DNA of 64,000 nucleotides, taken from positions 566,882-630,881 of the forward strand of contig MU004192.1 in the NCBI GenBank assembly GCA_010093605.1, written 5' to 3'. The DNA is from Lophium mytilinum (taxonomy: Eukaryota). The stretch's first letter is position 1, and every line of letters begins with the position of its first letter. The notes under the pieces are model-generated. The model saw only the letters and a list, made by a program, of their open reading frames with translations, did no database searches and was not told the origin of the DNA. Positions 59,809 through 64,000 of the stretch are shown piece by piece. A program made the translations under genes and the position numbers.

Positions 59809-60993
59809 CTACCGAAGCAAAACTTCCTGCTCTTCTTTCGAAATACCTAGCAAATATAATATATCAAGCAGGCTTTGCGAGTTGAGTCTTGCTGGCGCCT
59901 CCATTTGCACTCTCGCCTTCGCATTGAAGGCAACTCCCAGTCCTGCTACACTCATCATAGGTAGGTCGTTTGCGCCGTCACCAACAACCAGAACCTGGTC
60001 TAATAACACTCCCTCTTTCATTGCGATATCCAGCACGTGTTGCCTCTTCTTCTCCGCATGCACGATTTCTCCGGTCAATTCGCCCGTCAGCGTTTTCCCG
60101 TCCTCACTCACAACAAGATTGTTCGCATAGAAGTAGTCCAACCCCAACGATCCCGCCAACCAGCCCGTCATTGGCGTAAACCCACCACTCAGCACCACCG
60201 TCTTGTACCCCAACCGCTTCAACGCGCGTACAAGCTCCCCACTCCGACAATTCAGCGTTATCCGCGGCTTCAGTGTTTCCCAAACCGTACTCGGGACCCC
60301 CTTAAGCAGCGCACAACGCTTCCTCAACGACGCCTCAAAGTCCAGCTCGCCATTCATAGCCGCAGCTGTGATCGCAGACACCTGGTCCTCTACACCCAGC
60401 TCCCGCGCTATCTCGTCAATGACCTCCTGCGCAATGAGCGTGGAGTCCATATCAAAGACAGCCAGTCGCTTGTGCCGCCGGTACACGCTATTATACTGAA
60501 ACACAGCCTCGACGTTCCATTCGCGCTCGAACCGCGACACCACCTCGTCGTTGCGCAGGGCATCCAGCGTCAGGAACGAGGACGGAGGCAGCGCGAACGT
60601 GATTTCCATTACCCGGCAGCCTTTTGAGCCGGGGGCGGGCGCATCGAGGCTCCGTGTCTGCACAGAGTTCTCTTGAAAGCCGGGCATCAGCTTGCCGAGA
60701 GTGGCGAGGAAGTCTGTGAGGCAAGACTGCGAGATGTAGGAGCCATAGAGGTGGTCGAGTGGGCTGGGGCCCGGTGTCGGGGGCTCGAGGGGGTAGGAGG
60801 AGAGGTTCTCCGTTGGGATAGCACCGTCGGTCAAGTGGTGGAGAGTCGTGGGTGGGAGGGCGTCTCGTGGGCTGTGGGAGGTGGAATCGGCATGGGCGTG
60901 GGCGTGCTGCGGGGTTGCAGATTTGTAGAAGATTGTCGCGACTATGGAGGCGGAGGGAGAGCTGACGGGTGACGAGAGGTTGGAGTGGGCCAT
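59809..60993 (-). CDS. SER2: Phosphoserine phosphatase (SerB, HAD family)
   Basis: FDMDSTLI, ITAAAMNGELDFEASL, LSGGF, VGDGANDL and AFNAK. Intronless. Confidence 0.95.
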   Translation of the reverse strand: MAHSNLSSPVSSPSASIVATIFYKSATPQHAHAHADSTSHSPRDALPPTTLHHLTDGAIPTENLSSYPLEPPTPGPSPLDHLYGSYISQSCLTDFLATLGKLMPGFQENSVQTRSLDAPAPGSKGCRVMEITFALPPSSFLTLDALRNDEVVSRFEREWNVEAVFQYNSVYRRHKRLAVFDMDSTLIAQEVIDEIARELGVEDQVSAITAAAMNGELDFEASLRKRCALLKGVPSTVWETLKPRITLNCRSGELVRALKRLGYKTVVLSGGFTPMTGWLAGSLGLDYFYANNLVVSEDGKTLTGELTGEIVHAEKKRQHVLDIAMKEGVLLDQVLVVGDGANDLPMMSVAGLGVAFNAKARVQMEAPARLNSQSLLDILYLLGISKEEQEVLLR

Positions 60994-61928
60994 ATCTGCG
61001 TGGGCGGAGGCTGAGGACCTATTTCAGTGTATATCGAAGCTCAATTGATCGAAGGACGTCCGAATAGCGCCGCGGGGTGTCAGGGAGGATAGAAAATTTT
61101 GTGGGGCATGGTGTTGAGTTTCCGCTAAGGCGCGCCAAGGCTGCCAGCATTAACTGCACGGCTGGCATGGCTCCAGAAGATGTTCGACCCGCCGGCGTTC
61201 ATTGTCGAGGCACACAATCTCTGTAGACGCTTACCTGTCACTGCTTGGGTTGCTCTGGCACAGCATTATGATTTGTGGTACGACAATTTTGGCGAAGCTG
61301 AGAGCTCCATGGGCCACCCCAGACTGCCACTACATAGTATACAGCCTAGGAACGGAGCCTGGATTTAGGTCAGACCACTGGGCAGTTTGGAGAAGGGCTC
61401 AAAACACGCGCCACACTACCAGCCACTGGATACCCCGGCCTACCACAGTACAGCAGGTAAACAGTGGCTGGTACCTGCAGCTACTCCGCCTTGCCGAAAT
61501 CATAACATCCCGATTCACTTCGCTGACTTTGCCATTGACGCTGACCGGGAGTTCATCTCGAGACAGAATATGGCCATGTACTCAAATACATCAACAGGTG
61601 AGATTTTGCAGAAATGCATCTTAACCGATGATGTAGAGGGTTAATGCTGGAAATTACGATGACCGCCAGGCATGGCGCTCCACAAGCGCGTTCCTCCGTG
61701 CCTCTTTACTTTTCACCACCTGGGATGAAACACACCCATGTGGGGCTGGCGACGGCACATGTAGTCAAGCTTTCCTCGCGTCTTGGTGCACCGCCCCTCT
61801 TCCTTCAACCTCCTAACCATTGCGGTGGACTCGTTCGCTACCATCGTCTCCTCCACCCCTTAAGACGACGCGTCCACCCTCAATCCCTCTGATCATTCAC
61901 GCGGCGCCACCTCCGACCCTTCGGCATT

Positions 61929-62754
61929 ATGGCCCCTGCGCAGACAACATCATGGAAGAAGACCGTTCTGATCCCGTTCTGGGCGGTTCGCATCTTCCTG
62001 ATGACTTTCATCATCGGAGCCTACGCCTGGGCTCTTGCTGTTATTCGGTCCAGGCACGACATTGAGAACGTTTCTTTAGGCGTCATGATCCTCTTCATGC
62101 TCTTGCTGGTTATCTGCTTGCTCCTGGACATCCTGGCAATTGTCATGTTTGGTAGAAACACCTTGAAACCCGGGGTCTTCCTTCTCTTCAACGTCATTCA
62201 AACCACCTTCTGGACCGTCATCCTCGTCCTTGATATCGTAGCCCTTGCTCGACCAGGCGTCAATCGCGTAGGCATCCTCGGTAGCGCCATTGTCTTGTGA
62301 GTACCCTATACAATTCCAATTTATATAACCCTCGTGAGCATATCTAACGCCTACCAGCCTCTCATTCCTCGGTCTCCTCATCTACGCGCTGGTCATATTC
62401 GTCAGAGACAGGAAGAACCGCAAGCGAGGCCACGGCGAAAGCACGACTGCCAATCCTGCAAGTGTGCCCTTGGTGCAGGCGCAACCGCAACAGTACGGTT
62501 ATACTCAACCGTTACAATACAATCCTACGACGGTTCCTGAGCCTTCACGATACCATCACCCGGAACCCGAGATGATGCCAGCCCCACAATACAAATCATC
62601 TTATCCAACAACGGCCGTCGAGCTCCCTGTAGGATCGGGGGAGTCCGCCGAGTATTACTCAGGCGCTCCAGCCAGGGCTGCGCATGGTCCTCCAGCTGTC
62701 AATCCGTTCTCCGATCCTCAAGCTCCGCCGCCAGCTAAGAATCCTTTCGAGTGA
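61929..62754 (+). CDS. Small ~4-TM (MARVEL-like) membrane protein with Pro/Tyr-rich tail, 2 exons
   Basis: Hydrophobic helices in ORF 61929-62300, intron gtgagt...ccag (~62297-62357), then a tail ending in NPF motifs. Confidence 0.7.
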
Positions 62755-63589
62755 TTGCAGCACGGCAGTGATACGTGCGGTCTCGGGACCGCATAGTGGA
62801 AGCGATACGATGCCGCTCCTGTCCATGTACAATACCAATGAAATGGGAAAGCGGCGTATGGGGTTCAGGGAATTGATGCATTATACCTCCGAGCTGGGAA
62901 CAAGGCAAGAACATTTAGATTCGGGCACGAGACGGTTCAGTTTGCGAGGCTCAAGGGCTCTATACAACAGCTGATATCGAATCGGAATCATGGAAGGCCC
63001 TGTTAAACTAGAGAAACAATTCACGGATTTCTAGAGCAACCTTTTCTTTCCTTGCCTGGTATGTGAATATCGTTCGTCTGTGAAAGTTTGGACAAGCACT
63101 CCTCTCCAACATCTGGCCAGCGCTGATCACTTCGGCGGCGTAGGCTTGCACTTCCGCGAGACTGATTTCAGCCCTATGCGTGTGAAAAGGATGGGTACTC
63201 ACCCATATAGTCACGTGCATTTACTCGCTTAACCTGCTCGCTTAGTCCTGCTAGCGGCTACGCTAGTAGTAAACATATAAATAGTATTCACTTGTCTTGC
63301 CTGTCCTATAGACTCGACACTCTTTCATTTCAACTACAGCCAGACTTGCCTTTCCAAGTAATCACATTTCCAGATAAATGCCACTCCACTTGTCGTGGTA
63401 CCCTTAGATTCGTTGTGTTGGGTCGATCCGACGAGCGATGAATTTATTGATACAAAAGGGGGCAGTCATTGCTTGTGCGTTATCATGATACCGTTTCGGT
63501 CGCCATTTGTGGGTACTTGTGAAGTTGTAGAGACTGTTATGCTGGTAGGTGAAGATCTGGTAAATCAACTCGTCCTTCCTTTCTCACAT

Positions 63590-64000
63590 TCAACCTTTCG
63601 GCACCGGTGGTATCATCTTCAGCTCCGCAAACTCATCCAACACCTTCCGAATCGACTCGGTGGTATCAACCGTGCCGAACCATCCCAGCTTCCGGCTCTT
63701 GTCCATGCTATCACACAGAAAACATCAGTAAAACTCGTCCGTAAAAAGCAAAGAAGTAAGGAAAACGCCAACACACACCTATAATCCGTCTCCACGCCCC
63801 CCAACGCCCCCTCCGTAAACACAAACAACCTCTCCACATCCCACAACTCTCCCCTCGCCAACCCAAACTCTCTCGCCACCTCCCCCCACGCCCTCCCCAC
63901 CCTCTCCGTCTTCGCCCACGCCGTCAACCCCACCCTCCTCTCCTCCCACGCCGCCCCATCCCCCGGCCCCAGCACCGGAATCCCATACCACTCTCCCAAC
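63590..64000 (-). CDS. 3' part of an atypical SDR (PRISE / progesterone 5-beta-reductase / SirQ-like), truncated by window edge
   Basis: WYGI..GP, LTAWAK, AWGEVAREFGL; after an intron, SMDKSRKLGWFGTVDTTESIRKVLDEFAELKMIPP, stop at 63590. Confidence 0.75.

Noticed and set aside
53125..60993. Esterase, aldolase, phosphatase and NDT genes as a biosynthetic cluster
   Set aside because: There is no backbone enzyme, transporter or cluster regulator, and housekeeping RRF1 and SER2 are interspersed.

Overview
A gene-dense, intron-containing fungal locus (GT-AG introns with CTRAC branch sites; filamentous ascomycete, Pezizomycotina) with about 26 protein-coding loci. Conserved genes are CDC24/Scd1 RhoGEF, INCENP/Sli15, an S10 carboxypeptidase, an SH3 protein of the Pin3/Lsb1 type, an MCT-type MFS transporter, DLT1, a type-B carboxylesterase, mitochondrial RRF, a class II aldolase and phosphoserine phosphatase. 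Two accessory-looking blocks interrupt them. Block 1 (~22-27 kb) holds a GNAT, two tandem three-exon small secreted Cys-rich paralogs that the ORF track only partly captures, and a protein with ADP-ribosyltransferase-like R-S-E motifs. Block 2 (~35-47 kb) holds a NACHT (NLR-like) gene with an atypical C-terminus (C2H2 fingers, a Som1/Flo8-like helix, a WW domain), placed head-to-head about 430 bp from an apparently intact Rad5-like SNF2 ATPase and followed by a C2H2 protein. The NLR has an in-frame stop. I also see a frameshifted Gly-rich gene, a ~161-bp degenerate tandem repeat, a 14-bp minisatellite and a candidate structured ncRNA locus at ~58.7-59.2 kb. All calls come from reading the sequence by eye and no searches were run.
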